From the NCBI RefSeq assembly GCF_009834535.1, contig NC_045696.1:83082001-83142000 (forward strand): DNA of 60,000 bases. Reading direction: 5' to 3'. The notes beneath the pieces are model-generated. The model was not told where the DNA came from. It was given only the letters and a program-made list of their open reading frames with translations, and made no database searches. Source of the DNA: Camelus ferus. Its lineage: Eukaryota. The translations under genes and the position numbers were made by a program. Every line of letters starts with the position of its first letter. The stretch's first letter is position 1. Below are positions 26,775-39,969 of the stretch, piece after piece.

Positions 26775-27939
26775 AGCAAACTATTAAGTTGAAAGAAATA
26801 AGCCTACCCCAGTGCATCTAGTGGCTCCTTACCATTCTATTATTCTACATCTGGAATTCTGCATTTACAAAGACCCAGAGATGCTCCAAAAAAGTAAGCA
26901 CAGAAACCATCTCGGACATATTCTGCGCTGAAACACATACCTCCTGCTCTCTAGTCCCTAAATTATCCCCTTAAGAGAAGCTCTCCTTTGAGTCTCTGAA
27001 TGTTATTTATATGTACTCTCCACACCCTGGAAGACATAGTCCACTGACAGTGAAGCGGAGATAGCTCCCTTCCAGTGCAGATCACTGGGATAAAGCTAAA
27101 CTCAGCGAGGGGGAGGGTGGAGGGAGGAAAGGTGCCCAAATGGGGGCAACATGGTTGAGACAGGGGAGGGGGGTGGGGAGGGAAGCAGACGAACTTTGCA
27201 ATTTTCCAGGGTGGGCTTGTCCCTTGATGGGATATTTTTGGGTCCAGTGGGATATAAATGGCTATCACAAAAGGAATTGGGTTTCTGTCCCAGGAAAATG
27301 AACAAAACTGGTACAACAAACTTGCCAACTTTTGTTATAATTATTTTTAACCTGCTACTTCGGTATATATTTAACCTCGTAATAAAAATATTTGTTAGGA
27401 AAAAATACTTGACATTTCAATTCTGGGCATTTTGTTCTTTGCTCAAAACTGAGAGGAAAGGGTGGGTGCTGTAGTTTAGAATGGAGAGAAAAGAATGGGC
27501 AAGCTGTGAACGGCAGTCTCTAAGGAGAAAGCGAGAAACAGGCTCAGAAGGTGAAGTAAAATTCACATATTCAAGTTCTTTATACTGAAAATCATAATAG
27601 TGAAGTGAAAACAACACTGTTCAAAGTCTCATCTGGATGCTAAAAACAATAATATCCACCTACCTTCCTTTACAGAATTTTTCTAATAATTTTCTTCAAG
27701 TGATTTAAAAGTGTCATGGAAATTTTTAAATATTTATTTAGATCTCGCACTGGCTTTATTATCGCTAGTTTATGGAAGCCAGGTCAGTTTGCCCGCTGAT
27801 GTTTTTTTCTGCAACCATTAACAACTGGTCATCTTACCTCCATCTTCCCATAAAATCTGTAAAGCAAAATTTCACAATTTTTTTTTCAATTTTCAATTTA
27901 ATTTATTAGTTGTAGTTAGTTATCATAGACCTAGACATT

Positions 27940-28570
27940 TTAAAGAATACTGCCAAGATACTATTTTTCCTTTTAACAGACTGGCAAAGATTAGTTTAGC
28001 ATACCCAGTGTTTGCCAGGGTTAGGGCTGAAGGGCACTTTCACACATAGTGTGAGTTTAAATCACTAAATCACAGCTTGTTGTTTTGTTTTGTTTTGTTT
28101 TGTTTGTTTGTTTTGTTTTGAGATAGACACACTTTGCAAAATTTATTAAAGTTTTAAATAAATAAGCCTTGCTATTATGCAGCTAGGAAATTTAACACTC
28201 AGAGAAACTCTCATATCCATGCAAAGAAATAAATGAAACAATGTTCACTGCAGTATTTTTTTTTAATACAAAAATACTAAAAACAATCTAAATGTCTATC
28301 TATAGGGGTTTTGTTAAACAAATCAATTTAGGGTCATACAGTAGAATATTCTGAAACCATATGGAAGAAAATGTAGATCTGTATGAACTGACAGGAAAAT
28401 ATTCCTACAATTCATAATTTAGTGAATAAAACAGATACGCAAGACATATAATTAATGTTTGGTACAATTACATTTCTGTTTAAAGAAAACTGTGCAGTGG
28501 ACTGGGAGGGGGAAATTGGCAGGGAAGCTTTTCACTCTATACACTTCTGTACCATCACTTAGAATATATA
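27940..28570 (+). mobile_element. Old L1 (L1ME-like) 3' fragment with internal (TTTTG)n
   Basis: aatgttcactgcagtatt..aaacaatctaaatgtctatc..gtagatctgtatgaactgac. Confidence 0.6.
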
Positions 28571-28792
28571 CAAGTATAAAAATAATGAGTTTGGTGGGAA
28601 AATAAGAACATAAAAGTATTTACCTTTTTTTGATCCCTGGCCCAGACACACAAGGGAGGTGGGAGCTGTGGCCCTCTAGTGGAGAACTTGAGCAATGCAC
28701 TTCTCTTACTGAATCCCACATTCTAAAGAAACCTCAACATCTGACTATATTTATGGGCAGAATCAACTAGAATTTATATCAGGTAACATCAA

Positions 28793-28795
<3 letters not shown>

Positions 28796-28860
<65 letters not shown>
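28796..28860. repeat. (TA)~32 microsatellite
   Basis: Perfect dinucleotide run. Confidence 0.95.
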
Positions 28861-28866
<6 letters not shown>

Positions 28867-30179
28867 TTAGTGCCCTTGAATTTAATTTCTGCTTTCCAAG
28901 TCTTGGAAACATCCTAATACAATTTGAATTGATGATGCATTTTCTATGGGCAACACAGCAGTACCCACCTGATCAGTTGCGTTTCACGGGAAAGGTCGGA
29001 GCCCGTCTGCCACCTGTGTATTTGCTATCATAGATACTTTAAGTACAGGAAAGGCTGACTTCTAATAATTACAAAGTTTGTTGCTAATTAAAAACCAGTC
29101 GTTGCGTATGCGGGTCTCTCAAGTAGGATCTATGTAGGCAGCTGTCACCTCAAAACTGAATCTCTGTATGTGAATAATGAAGGCGCTTATTTTTACGGGC
29201 TAATCTAAAACATTTCTAACAGGAGAAACTATTTCAAAGCTATGTATGGCTACGTCAACCGCCAAATTCCCTCGGTCCGGTTGAAGGCGTGCAGAGTTTC
29301 CTGTCAACTGGTGCTCTGAAGCAGAACCGTCTCCAGCCCGACCACTGGGCTCGCTCCACGTTAAGTATTGGCTACCTTGGAAATGTACCGTCTCTCAGGG
29401 CAAAACTCCCCAAGGGGCAATTCAAAACACATTTAGAATTTCCTATTTACATTGCAACAGCCATGGCAGGAGTTTGAATGTCACAGTACAAATCTGATAC
29501 CAAATGCTGAGTGTATTCAGCGGATTCGGTTTCAGAATTCACTTCACATAAGCCTGTTTTCAGCAAGTGAAAGGGAGAGGCAGCGTCATGGGGTAAGTTC
29601 ATGTTATGAACTCTGATCTTAACTCTTTACCATTTTGAACAAGTAAACTAGTGTTTCTGCCCTTGCAAAGAAAGTCATAATCAGACCACTTGGCACAGGA
29701 ACCTTACCTTTTAAATACTTAGGCAGAAATGTTATCAAGCAAGAGCAGCTCACTAATATTACCAGTTAAATTTCCAGTGTGACAAAGGGAAATTTGGTTA
29801 GAACAGCCTAGCAAATAGGGTTAATTTCCCCTGAAGAGGCAAAAATTTTTTCTAGACAAGTAATAAAGGTTGCCAATTGCTTTCTTTCTCAAGTTGTGTC
29901 TATCCTGAGGGGAAATGTATTGGGACATCATTTCGATCTTCTGATCTCTTTATTTTTAAGATATGAATTTATAGAGGTCAATTTTCCAAAGTAGATAATC
30001 TGATATAATTTTAGACAAACTTTGTTTTGTCTGCTTTGTTTGGCTTTTGTTTTTGTTTTTGTTAATAAAAAAAAATGATCTGCAAGAATAAAATGTTATT
30101 CCAACTGGACACAGTCACATACATGCATATCATCTTAATCTCCAGATTCCAAGTCTGCCCAACTGAGGTGAACTTGAAC

Positions 30180-30296
30180 GAATTCTTGCAGACAAAGCTG
30201 GAAGGTAAACCTGGCAGTGAACAGTCCTGTTTCATGTCACTGCTTAATGACTGGGTAGTTGAGTTCACATCCACCCAGCGTTCCCTGTTTCAGACA
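30180..30296 (-). pseudogene. Fossil EGF exon (GCELNYP..HETGLF..LPG..VCKN)
   Basis: EGF motifs GC..., HETG and LPG in the expected order, with stops and frameshifts. Confidence 0.55.
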
Positions 30297-30475
30297 CGAA
30301 CATTTATTTGTAGTAACTGATGATATGCCTAGCAATTTATTACGATCTAACATTGAAATTATTTATTCTGACCTGTCTATTCTGAAGTTTGTTTAAAAAT
30401 AAAGTGTGCCTAAAGGCAATATGTATTACCATAGACTTCTAGGCTTAGGAAAAAAAAAAAAAAAAAAACTCTTAC

Positions 30476-30600
30476 AGGGCTTCTGCATGGTTATGGAAAA
30501 AATAACGTGAGCATCTTTGGTTAACGCTGTCTTTGAACCATCTTGAATTGGAGACATAAATTTCTGCCTTCAATTGCAAATGGATACAACCCATCTGGGG
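30476..30600 (-). pseudogene. Fossil EGF exon (PDGLY...EIYVS..DSVNQRCSR)
   Basis: Acceptor ttgtcccag, donor gtaaga, 125 bp. The first Cys codon is missing. Confidence 0.55.
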
Positions 30601-31720
30601 CTGGGACAATGTGTATTCCATCACCTGAAGCACAAAAATTCACAAATACATTTTGAGAACAGATTTGTCAGCCCATGGAGTGTTCTCACTCAGGTGGAAG
30701 GAAATAAGACATTATTCGTTACTCACAATCTACTGGGGTAAAAATTATTTTTCTTTCAAAATTTTAAATCTGTTAGAACACTTTGAACTAGTCACTTAAA
30801 CTGGGTTTTGGTAACACATTAGCATATCAGATTAGCACATTAGAGTGAAATTTCTCCTTTTCCAAAGAACTAGGATAAAGCTTTTTGAAGATCCAAAATT
30901 CATTCCATGTATTTATTTCAAGTATCAAAACAAATAGGAAAAGAGAAAAGTAGCTCTTGTTATATGCCAGCTTCAAAGGAGATAGAAGCTGAATACTTCA
31001 GAAGTTACAGAAATTAAAATAATTATTTCTTTAAAAAATCTTAATCTTATGCATTATTCATCTTGTTTTAATCCTCACTACCATCTAGTTGAGAGGAATC
31101 CTCTAACTGCCAGCCACACACAGTAGGCAGCACAGTGTAATGAAGCAATAAGCGACTTGGAATTGGCCAGATTTGGCTTCTATCCTAGGTCTGTGAAGGT
31201 GACAATGAAGATGACAATCCTGACCACACGTTGCACTGCCAGAGATAATATTTTAACAACAGCTGGCCCAGAGCTTGGCAGAGGGAAGGCAAAAATAGCA
31301 GTGAGTAACTTTACTCCTGAGTAACAAATGGGTAAGCTAAGGAACAGAGGTCAAAGGCAACAGCCCAGAGCCACCAGAAGGAAAAGTGTACAGTCACAGT
31401 GGGAACTCACCCACTGCTTACCCAAGTCCTAAACCTCAGCTGTTCATTCAGGCACAAGGAGCAATCCACTTCAGCCTTTCCCAGTCTTAGCTGATCTTTA
31501 GTCAAATTGTTCCGATAGGAAGGGAAGATTTAGCCAAGTTCCTCACTATGCAGAAACTCTAGTATGTAAGCATTTGAGACTTTCATGTGAGGGTTCCTTG
31601 TATAACATGCCAGGTCATGTCACTCCTCTGTGCAGAAACTTTGAGCGGAACCATAATATTCAACCAGAAGCCAAAGTTTTCCAGTGGCCCACATGGCCCT
31701 ACATAACAATCCTTTCCTTC

Positions 31721-32186
31721 TGCAATAGGGAAGAACAAATCTGACTCCATATTAGATCTGTTCCTTTGGCTTTAACCCTGTGCTCTGTTTCCTTGGCTGG
31801 TTCTTTTGAAAAGAATGTTGCCTACAGCCTGAAATATACAGGATAGCTCATTTTCAAGGCTCTGACCTTTAAGGGTATAACACTTTCCCATTTATATATA
31901 GATTAAAAAGTTGCAGAACAGAGAATAACATTTGACCTGTTGGAGGTTTATAGGAACATCATGACCTGACTTACGTGGACAGCTTGAACAAAGGATTCTG
32001 GCACCAAGAAGTTTGCAACAAGCAACCACACCCCGTCCTCTCTTTAGAGCCTGAATTCTGCCTTGGGGAAGATGGTTCTCCAGGACGTTAGTCTGCCATC
32101 TTCTCATTATTCCTTGCCCCAACACCTTGCTTCCCAATTTATTGGCCTGTCGTGCGGCGAGCAGAACGAGTTTGGACTCGGTAACA
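31721..32186 (+). mobile_element. ERV1-class solo LTR inserted into an L2
   Basis: TG...CA termini, near-TSD cttc/cctc, ending ttggactcggtaaca. L2-like sequence on both sides (about 31600-31720 and 32187-32580). Confidence 0.75.
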
Positions 32187-32589
32187 CCTCTACTTTTCTG
32201 ATTTTCCTAATTGTCTCTCCATTTCTGGCACATTGGCCTCTTCCTTAATTCTCCCAACTGACTCAAACCCTGCCTTCACCAGGAGGTCTCCCTTGACCAC
32301 TCTTTACGACCCTAAACTGGTTTGCCTACCCGGCACTCCCAATCTCCTTTACTTTACCTGTTTTACTTTGTCTTTTTTCCAGCAGCACTTATTGTCTTAT
32401 TCTTCAACAAAATACACTTGTTTTTATGTTTATTATTCATTATTGGTTTTCTTCTTGCTAGAATACAAGCTCTAAGGGGGCAGAGCTCTTTGCTTTGTTC
32501 ATGGGTATATCCCAGGAGCCGGGATCAGCGCTTGGCCCACAGAAGAATGGGCATCGGACATTAAGCAACAATTCACGGAAGACCACACT

Positions 32590-33090
32590 TGAAGAGACAA
32601 TGCAGAAAGACCTGCCAGACTTCAGCAGTAATCGGAGAAATGCAAATAAAAACGTTTCCTTTAGAAGTCTGACACAAGTTGGACAACAAAGGAACATAAC
32701 TCCAGCTCTCGCGTAACTGGGACACCTGCCCTGGGGAGCAGCCTGTCATCACCACACAAAGTTGCAGATGGAACAGCCCGTGACTCAGAAAATGCACACT
32801 CAGGACAAACCCTAAAGAAACCCTGCTGCCTGCACGTCAGGAGACACGCACAGGGGTGTTTGCTGAAACGCTGTTGGTAATGGTGAACAACCACAAACAA
32901 TCAACAGGTCTCCCTTTAGGAGAGTGGAGGACAAAGTTGTGGCGTGTTCATACAACAGTAGCCTTTTAAGCACTTAAAAGAAACAGACTCAGTCAACTCA
33001 TAACTAACAAACTAACTTCCAAAATAATGTTGACTGAAAAGAAACAAGCTGCAGGTTAAGCAGCACAGTAGGATGTTCTCGGTGAATCAG
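32590..33090 (+). mobile_element. Old L1 3' fragment
   Basis: gtaatcggagaaatgcaaataaaaac and later L1ME-like motifs. Confidence 0.5.
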
Positions 33091-33112
33091 TGATTAAAAG
33101 CTTACAAAATAA

Positions 33113-33244
33113 GGGGAAGGGTATAGCTCAAGTGGGAGCGCGCACGCTCAGCACCCAAGAGGTCAGGGGTTCAAACCCCAGTACCAACTCCAAGCGGAAA
33201 TCAATGAAGAAACCTAATTACCTCTCCCTCATAAAACAAACAAG
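33113..33244 (+). mobile_element. tRNA-derived SINE (camelid Vic-1-like)
   Basis: A box (tagctcaagtgg), B box (ggttcaaacc), A-rich tail and a perfect 19-bp TSD ttaaaagcttacaaaataa at 33094-33112 and 33245-33263. Confidence 0.85.
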
Positions 33245-35279
33245 TTAAAAGCTTACAAAATAAAGTCACATGCTGTTAGCTGAATACACTGTTAAGTCCT
33301 TGACTCTGTACAATGCTCCGCACTTCAGAAAGCACAGCTCACCGCAATCCCTCTGTCACCCGCTTTACTAACTCTGCTCTGAGTTTGGATGAAGTTCAGT
33401 GATTCTGTTCCAGGTACAAAGACTAGCAAGTTGGGCCTCTGAGCTGTTTCCACGTTGGTTTTACACAGGCAGGCTTGTTTTAGTTGACAGTAGGGAGAAC
33501 TGCCCTAAATCTCCAAAATTGCACACAATGTTTGCATTAAATAATCTAGGTCATTAGAGTTCAGCCATGACTTTTCTAAAGGACTGTTTTCATAGACTTT
33601 ATCTTGTTCCATGTGACATATCTCCAGTAATAGACCATTTTAGTTGTTATTTGCAGATACAGCTCTCAGTTTCGGAGGAAATAGAACTGTACTGTGGTTC
33701 CCAAAGGCTAGATTATCAGAGAGAGACCAAGATTTTTAGATACAATCTAAATATGTGAAGCGTTAAGTACATACACAGTTAGCTCATATACTTTCTAGAA
33801 TGCCAACAACTTCATCTGTTATTTGAAACAGGGCAAAACAACAGTTTCTAAATGCTCAGTGAAGACCTTTTATTTTTTTCCTTTTGAAACATTCCAATTT
33901 TTCGTAAAATGGTTTACTTAGGATGGAAATGACCAAGAAGCTCCCTGGCCCCCAAGATAAATTCTTGTCTTTTTTAAGTGTGAGCATGTCTCTTTTATGG
34001 TAAACACGGACAGAATGAAATGAGGTTGGTCTTAGACAAAATTGTTCAGGAGGAGCAGTTTGTTTGTACCCTTTAACTTCCTCTGAAAGCCCTCCCTCAC
34101 TCTAACTCCTAGTGATGATGATTCTCCTCTGACTTCTTCTGCATTAGCTGTTAGCCAGCTTAGTTTCAGCGGTTATTAACTTGAGTCCATGAGCTAATCT
34201 CAGCGGTTTCATAATCTCTCTGGAATTATTAGCAAAAATGAATGTGCATATATATTTTTCTAGGGAGAATTTCCATAGCCTTTGAGGAGTTCTCGTAAAA
34301 TGTTGAGCAATCTAGAAAGCTTAAAAATAATGTTTTAAGAATTGGACATTGCTCCCAGCAGCAGTTTTCACAGAATGCAAAAAAAGTTCTTCGTTCAGTC
34401 TTGAGAGATTCCTATCCAGTTGATCTGTGATGAGATGAACGGGAATCTGTGTTATGAAAAAGCACCTCAATAGATCGTGATTTAAGTAGATCCTAATGCA
34501 AGAAATGACATTAATCTACGGAATACAATTTAGATTCTTTAGTGTTGTTGCCTCCATGGTCTCTGTCCCTAACCAATGTTTTTAGTCTTATTTCTTCCAC
34601 TACTCACGCCACCCTGCAAACATACAAAACATTCTTCCATTCATTTATTCCTGCCTGCAAAGAATAACTATTGGATTCATTACAGGGGCACTGTGACTGT
34701 GCTATGCTTCAAAGAGCCAATGGTTGACAAACACTCTAGTCACAAGAAACATCCAGCATTTCTTCACATTGTGTCTCCTCCTCCTTCACCAGGTAAGAGC
34801 CTATTCATCTTGCTAGACCCAGTTCAAATATTAACTACTTGTGCAAGCATTCTAGAGTCTTTGGGGCAGATTTTGATTGTTTTTTTCTCAGTGACTTGCA
34901 AGCATTTTTTCCACCTTAATTATACTGCTGTGCAGTGATTTTTTTGGTTCCTGGTTTCTGGGTTTCCCCTGGGCAGGAATCGTGTAGAAGTCTTTAACAT
35001 CTCCATCTGGCTTCCTCCACTTCCAATGACAAATTCCCAATAATATTTGCTGAGGGGATGAGGGAAACATCTTGTTCTCATCCCTCCCGAGAAAATACAC
35101 ATTTTACTCTATGAGATAGTCTTGAAACCCAAAGTCCACGAGGAGGAAAAGTAAAGGATTCCCATGGTCAGAATCCTAAGCACAATGGTGCATTATGGGG
35201 CACTGTGGTACTTCGGTTAGGGAATCTTCATTAAACCTGGCAACACATCTGAAGAACTAGCTCCCCGAGAGAGTCTGTT

Positions 35280-35392
35280 GTTGTACACAAGGGTAGGACT
35301 GTATCCAGGCATCGGCCTCCAGTGACTAGAGTGATCTTCAGTTTGGAGTGAATACTGTAACCCACCCAGAACTAGCCCTTCCATCAGACAAT
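35280..35392 (-). pseudogene. Fossil EGF exon (DC.DGR...VTGG..MPGYS)
   Basis: Acceptor ccttatctttcag followed by AT TGT. VTG and PGY motifs survive in shifted frames. Confidence 0.6.
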
Positions 35393-36860
35393 CTGAAAGA
35401 TAAGGTCAGCAGTGGAGCTGCTGGAATTTTACTGTTTGGGAAAAAAACTACAGAGAAAAACAGAGTCTATCTAAAGTTGGTTTTATTCTTAAAGTCTTTC
35501 AGAAAGTCTACAAGTTGCAGTGAAATAAGTAAGGCAGCATTCTCTGAATCTTGGATGCAGTGACCACAGTGAGGGTCAAGCCAGGGAGAGCATGCCTGGT
35601 AAAGCAAATTCACTTGGTAACACCTGGACCAATGCTTAAACATCTGTTAATTCAGTAGCTATTTATGAAGTGCTCCTTTAAGAGCCAGGAATAATATATA
35701 TATACATATATATATATAAAATTAAAGCATGGCTTTTGCTCCAAGTGAGTGAGCTCCTAAATTTATTCACGTGCTTGATATTTTTGAAGTATTTTATATG
35801 TCCCTAAGAAAAAGTCACACTACAAGTCATTCCTAAATCTGCATTACTTTTTAAGTGCTGTGAAATTTATAAAATTTAAAAATGCTGTAAAAGCATACCT
35901 CACATTAGTAGAAATATCATTTGTTTTCTTCTCAAAGCATGCACTTCTTGAATTCCTGTATCTTTCAGATTACTGATCTTTATTCAGTTTGAAGCTACTT
36001 CATTGCTGAACAGAGTATTTCCCTCATGTGTTGAGACATGGGATTTCCTTGCTTCGTAGATGTGTATTTACACATACAGAGATAAAATCACATGGTTACA
36101 AATCACTTACGTATAAGATGGGAACATGGCCATGAATGTGTCTTGAGGCTGACATCCACAATTTTCCTTAACTGTGCATCCCAGAGATTACAATCTGGGA
36201 AGTCAGCAGACTGAATCAAACAGGTAAATATGTTTTGATTTTTCTAATCTGACTTGCACTTAAAATGGTACTCACACTTACAAATTGGAATATTGCACAT
36301 AAAAATTCTGATTTCTGGCTTTTCTTGAAATGATCAGAAGTCCTGGCAGCGCAGACCCAGCCTTCCTGCGCGGCCCCCGAGGAGCCGGGAGGCCTGTGTG
36401 ACATGGCAGGGACTCTTCATGCCATCCCAGTATTCCTTAGCATTTCTTAGAACCTGAGATGCCTTCACATTTTTAGCTTCCCTTCTTAAAACTGTATTTT
36501 TAATGTCTGAGAAAGTGGCCTTATATGTAATATCTACTCATACTAGACAGTTACTCCAGGATGCTCCAATAATCCCCAAAGACTGAAAGATTTGCTCCTG
36601 ATGGTAGCATCTTCCCCAGGCGGAGTTAAAGAGAAGAGTTGACATCCCAGCTGAAGAGAATGGGGACCTGACAGATGCTCTGCTCTTCTTTCCCAGGGGG
36701 GCTTCAGGTGCTGGGCGGCTATATTCACAGGAAGCCCTGGGGCCCTTCTCTTCCATCTTCCTTTGGAATTTTTCAGGGCCCAGGATCAAGTGTTGCCAAA
36801 TTTAGCTCTATCTGGGGATATACGTGTTAATCCACCCCGCAAAAGGCACAACTGTCGATA

Positions 36861-37041
36861 GCAGTGGTTCTCAAACTTCAGCAAATGTCAGAATCACCTG
36901 GAGAGCCTATTAAAAACACAGATTTCTGGACCCCACCTCCGGAGTTTCTGATTCTGTACAGGATGGAGCTGAAGAATCTGAATTTCTACCAAGTTCTCCA
37001 GGGATACTGACGTTGCTGTTTTGGGGAACTTGGTTTGAGAT
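36861..37041. mobile_element. MER5A-like hAT-Charlie DNA transposon
   Basis: cagtggttctcaaactt..cagaatcacctggagagc..tttctgattc..tttgaga. Confidence 0.8.
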
Positions 37042-37219
37042 CTATGTACCGATTGATATCTATAGGGAATTTTTCAGATTTCTCTGAACATACATCATAA
37101 ATGCCAGAGTCATGCAGAAAAGGTCAATAAAGGTGGTATATCCTAGCAAAAGTCCTGATGGCATTTGCTGGGCAGGAGCCGAATCCCTGAGGAATTTTAC
37201 AGAATTATTAGCATCTTAC

Positions 37220-37349
37220 GTAGCCTGCCACCCCCACGTTGCCATCCCCCTGTTCTACCTGGGGTAATCCATGGACTATCGTCCATGGAGAACCACCAGC
37301 AAGAAAAGCAGAGACGACACTCAGATTATTATAATTTCCTTTTTGTAAG
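37220..37349 (-). pseudogene. Fossil EGF exon (KGNY..CRLCFSC..GGSPW.IVHGL..GWQRGGGRL)
   Basis: 130 bp. Ends G-W-x-x-x-x-(C)-x-x+1nt|gtaaga at the canonical phase. Contains frameshifts; acceptor lost. Confidence 0.65.
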
Positions 37350-38440
37350 TAAGAGATCATTCCTTTTGATTTTTTTTTAATGGAAAAGGATCTTTAAAAC
37401 CACACGATGGCAGTGTAATCACATGAGTGACAGTCTCAAGGTGCCTGAATGGGGTGTCTGAACCCAGTCTACATTAATAAATCGTTCTGAAAGTTAAGCT
37501 TCTGCGTTTTTTTTTTTTTTTTTTTTGGCTTAACAATTATTGCCCCATAAAGTGTAAATGACAAGTTGTAGTCAGATACCTCTACCAAAAACCTCAGTCA
37601 GAGCTTTCAATATTTTTACAGCGCCTTAGACAGAATACATTTTCCCCCTCTGCTGTTTCTTAGTGTGAAAACAACTTCACAAGAACAAGCAACAGATCAT
37701 TTCATGCATGAGCTATGCAACAAATTCAATCCAAAGTAACTCTTGCTTCAGTTTAGCAAATTACTCCGTGATGGCAAATTCGCTTCTAGACTTTAATCAT
37801 TTTTGAAAACTGAATTTATTTTTCCTCTAGCCTTGCTTAATTTTAGATATTTGCATGCCTATCAACTTCTTACAAGCAATAAAAATTGAACTTTTATAGA
37901 TTTGTTTACCAAAGTAGCTACTCAGAACTCTTCTTTCTATGGTGAGGTTTTAAGGTGACATTAGGTCTTTAGTGCATTTTAATTTGGCTGCTTGGCTATT
38001 AATCTGTACTTTGTAATCTATATAACCTCAACTTAAGGTGTACAGAATTCTTAGAACAGGGTCTTGTTGAAGTGAAGGACATAATCCACTATTTCCCTCC
38101 CTGTCCTATCACAGAATATTCTGGGCTGTCAATAGAAATGGTGGGTCCCTGGTAGGGAAGGGGGAAGAAGGAAGGGCTGACTTAGTGTTAAATACCAAAA
38201 ATGCTCCCTTATTTACATCCTGATATGGTGTTCTGTCACCTGAGCAATGGGAAAAGTTAAATAAGACCATTGCAAATGCCACTAGATATGGGTATCAATA
38301 GAAAGGGAAAAGTACCTAGAAACTTTCCGTGCAACATAGGGTTCAGCTCCTATGTTTGGTGACAAAAATCTGTCTTTGCTAAAGGTGATGGGACCTAAAA
38401 ACATCAACAACCAGACTGAGGCAGGAAGGAAGGAAACCAC

Positions 38441-38567
38441 CTTTTCCACAGCCTGTCCCTGTCCATCCTCCTGAACACGTGCAGGCTTCTCCCTCCACCA
38501 CAGACACACTGATTCTGAATTTGGTTCCTGACCTTACATTTTGGATCAAAGGTTCCCTCTGGGCATT
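38441..38567 (-). pseudogene. Fossil EGF exon (ECPEGTFDPKCKVRNQIQNQCVC /fs/ ACTCSGGWTGTGCGK)
   Basis: Acceptor aattcag and a GT donor retained. 127 bp, i.e. a net 2-bp deletion frameshift. Confidence 0.85.
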
Positions 38568-39969
38568 CTGAATTAGATAAAATACTCTCTAGGAAGGACA
38601 CTGTGAAAGAGATTTCCCCAAATGCAGGGATCTGACTGGGAGGATGACTTAACCTAGTAGAAGACAAAACTCTAAAATGATCTCCCCAAATGCAGACCAG
38701 AGAGGTCATTAAAATATTATTTTGGGATGCAGGTACTGCTCTGATGAGGGTAACACGCGCTGCTCTTTATGGCCACGTGCGTGAAGTGGAATGGGAGCTC
38801 GGAGAGCCCGCCAGTGCCATAGCACTTCACAGAACAGCAACAGCATCTACAGTTTCCCAGGTTACAACTCCCCAGGTCCTCACTGCAATCGGTGGGCTGC
38901 ACACAATGTTCCGAACTGCTTATGTGCCCCGCATCATCTGAGTTTTTAACCTGCTCTCCTACTTGAGCTATTCCGTATTCAGCTAGCTTGTTTCATATAG
39001 GTGTCCCAAGTTTTATTCTCTTCCAGAATCTCAAGATCATCCATTTAAATTAGGATGGATAGTAAGACTTAGAAAATTACACTCTGCAAAACAACATCTC
39101 ATGAATATATTCAGCCAAACACAGAGTCAAGCTTGTATGAGGCAGGTATTATTAGCCCCAGCTCTGGATATTAAGAAATTGAGGCTTAAGTAAAGTAACC
39201 TGTCGATGGATTACACAGTCACAAAGTAGCAGGGCTGGGGTTCCCGTGCAGGTTGGTTTGGTAACTCTAAAGCCCGTGTTCTTCATCATTAATAGGGGTG
39301 GAAAGACTTATATCATTACACTTTCTACCTTCTAAACAGTTATTCCTTCTCCCCTCCTTACTCCTCCATTGTGAGGACTAAAGAGAAACGAATGAAATGT
39401 TTTTTGGTTCATGCCTATATTATAGGCAGCTTATAAAAAGCAGCTTCTTTCTCCATGTAAATGCTACTTATTTTTAACACTGATACATATGTTAACATTT
39501 AAAGAATATTCCGTGTAATATTTATATGCATAATATGTATTGGCAATATGATGTTGGACAGTTATAATTTTATCAAAGTGCAATTACTAGGAGTATTACA
39601 AGAGCTATCATTCTTTTTGACAATTCAATCAGGCTTCAAAATTTCAAAAGAAGTTTAACTTGCTTCATTGATTGATTTATTCATTATTTATACCCTGTCT
39701 ATTTCAAAAAAGAGGATTTAAAATAACTTGCACAAAAAGCAAAGTCCTGTAAAATAGGATCATTAAAACAAGGATAAAAGAAAAAGAATCTTGTGATAAA
39801 AAGGACAAAAATCTTAGATTAAAGAAAATTACTATGATCAGACATACTTTATCCATGACTTTCTAGATAGCTAAAGCAAAAACAAATGAATAAATAAAAA
39901 TATAGTTCTCTAACTGATAAAAAAAACCACTTTTTTAAAGAAAGGACACGTATCTTTGTACTAGTACAC

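Noticed and set aside
33343..33443. GPTC../CTW..HPNS..DC|gtgagc remnant
   Set aside because: Suggestive but low information; needs an alignment.
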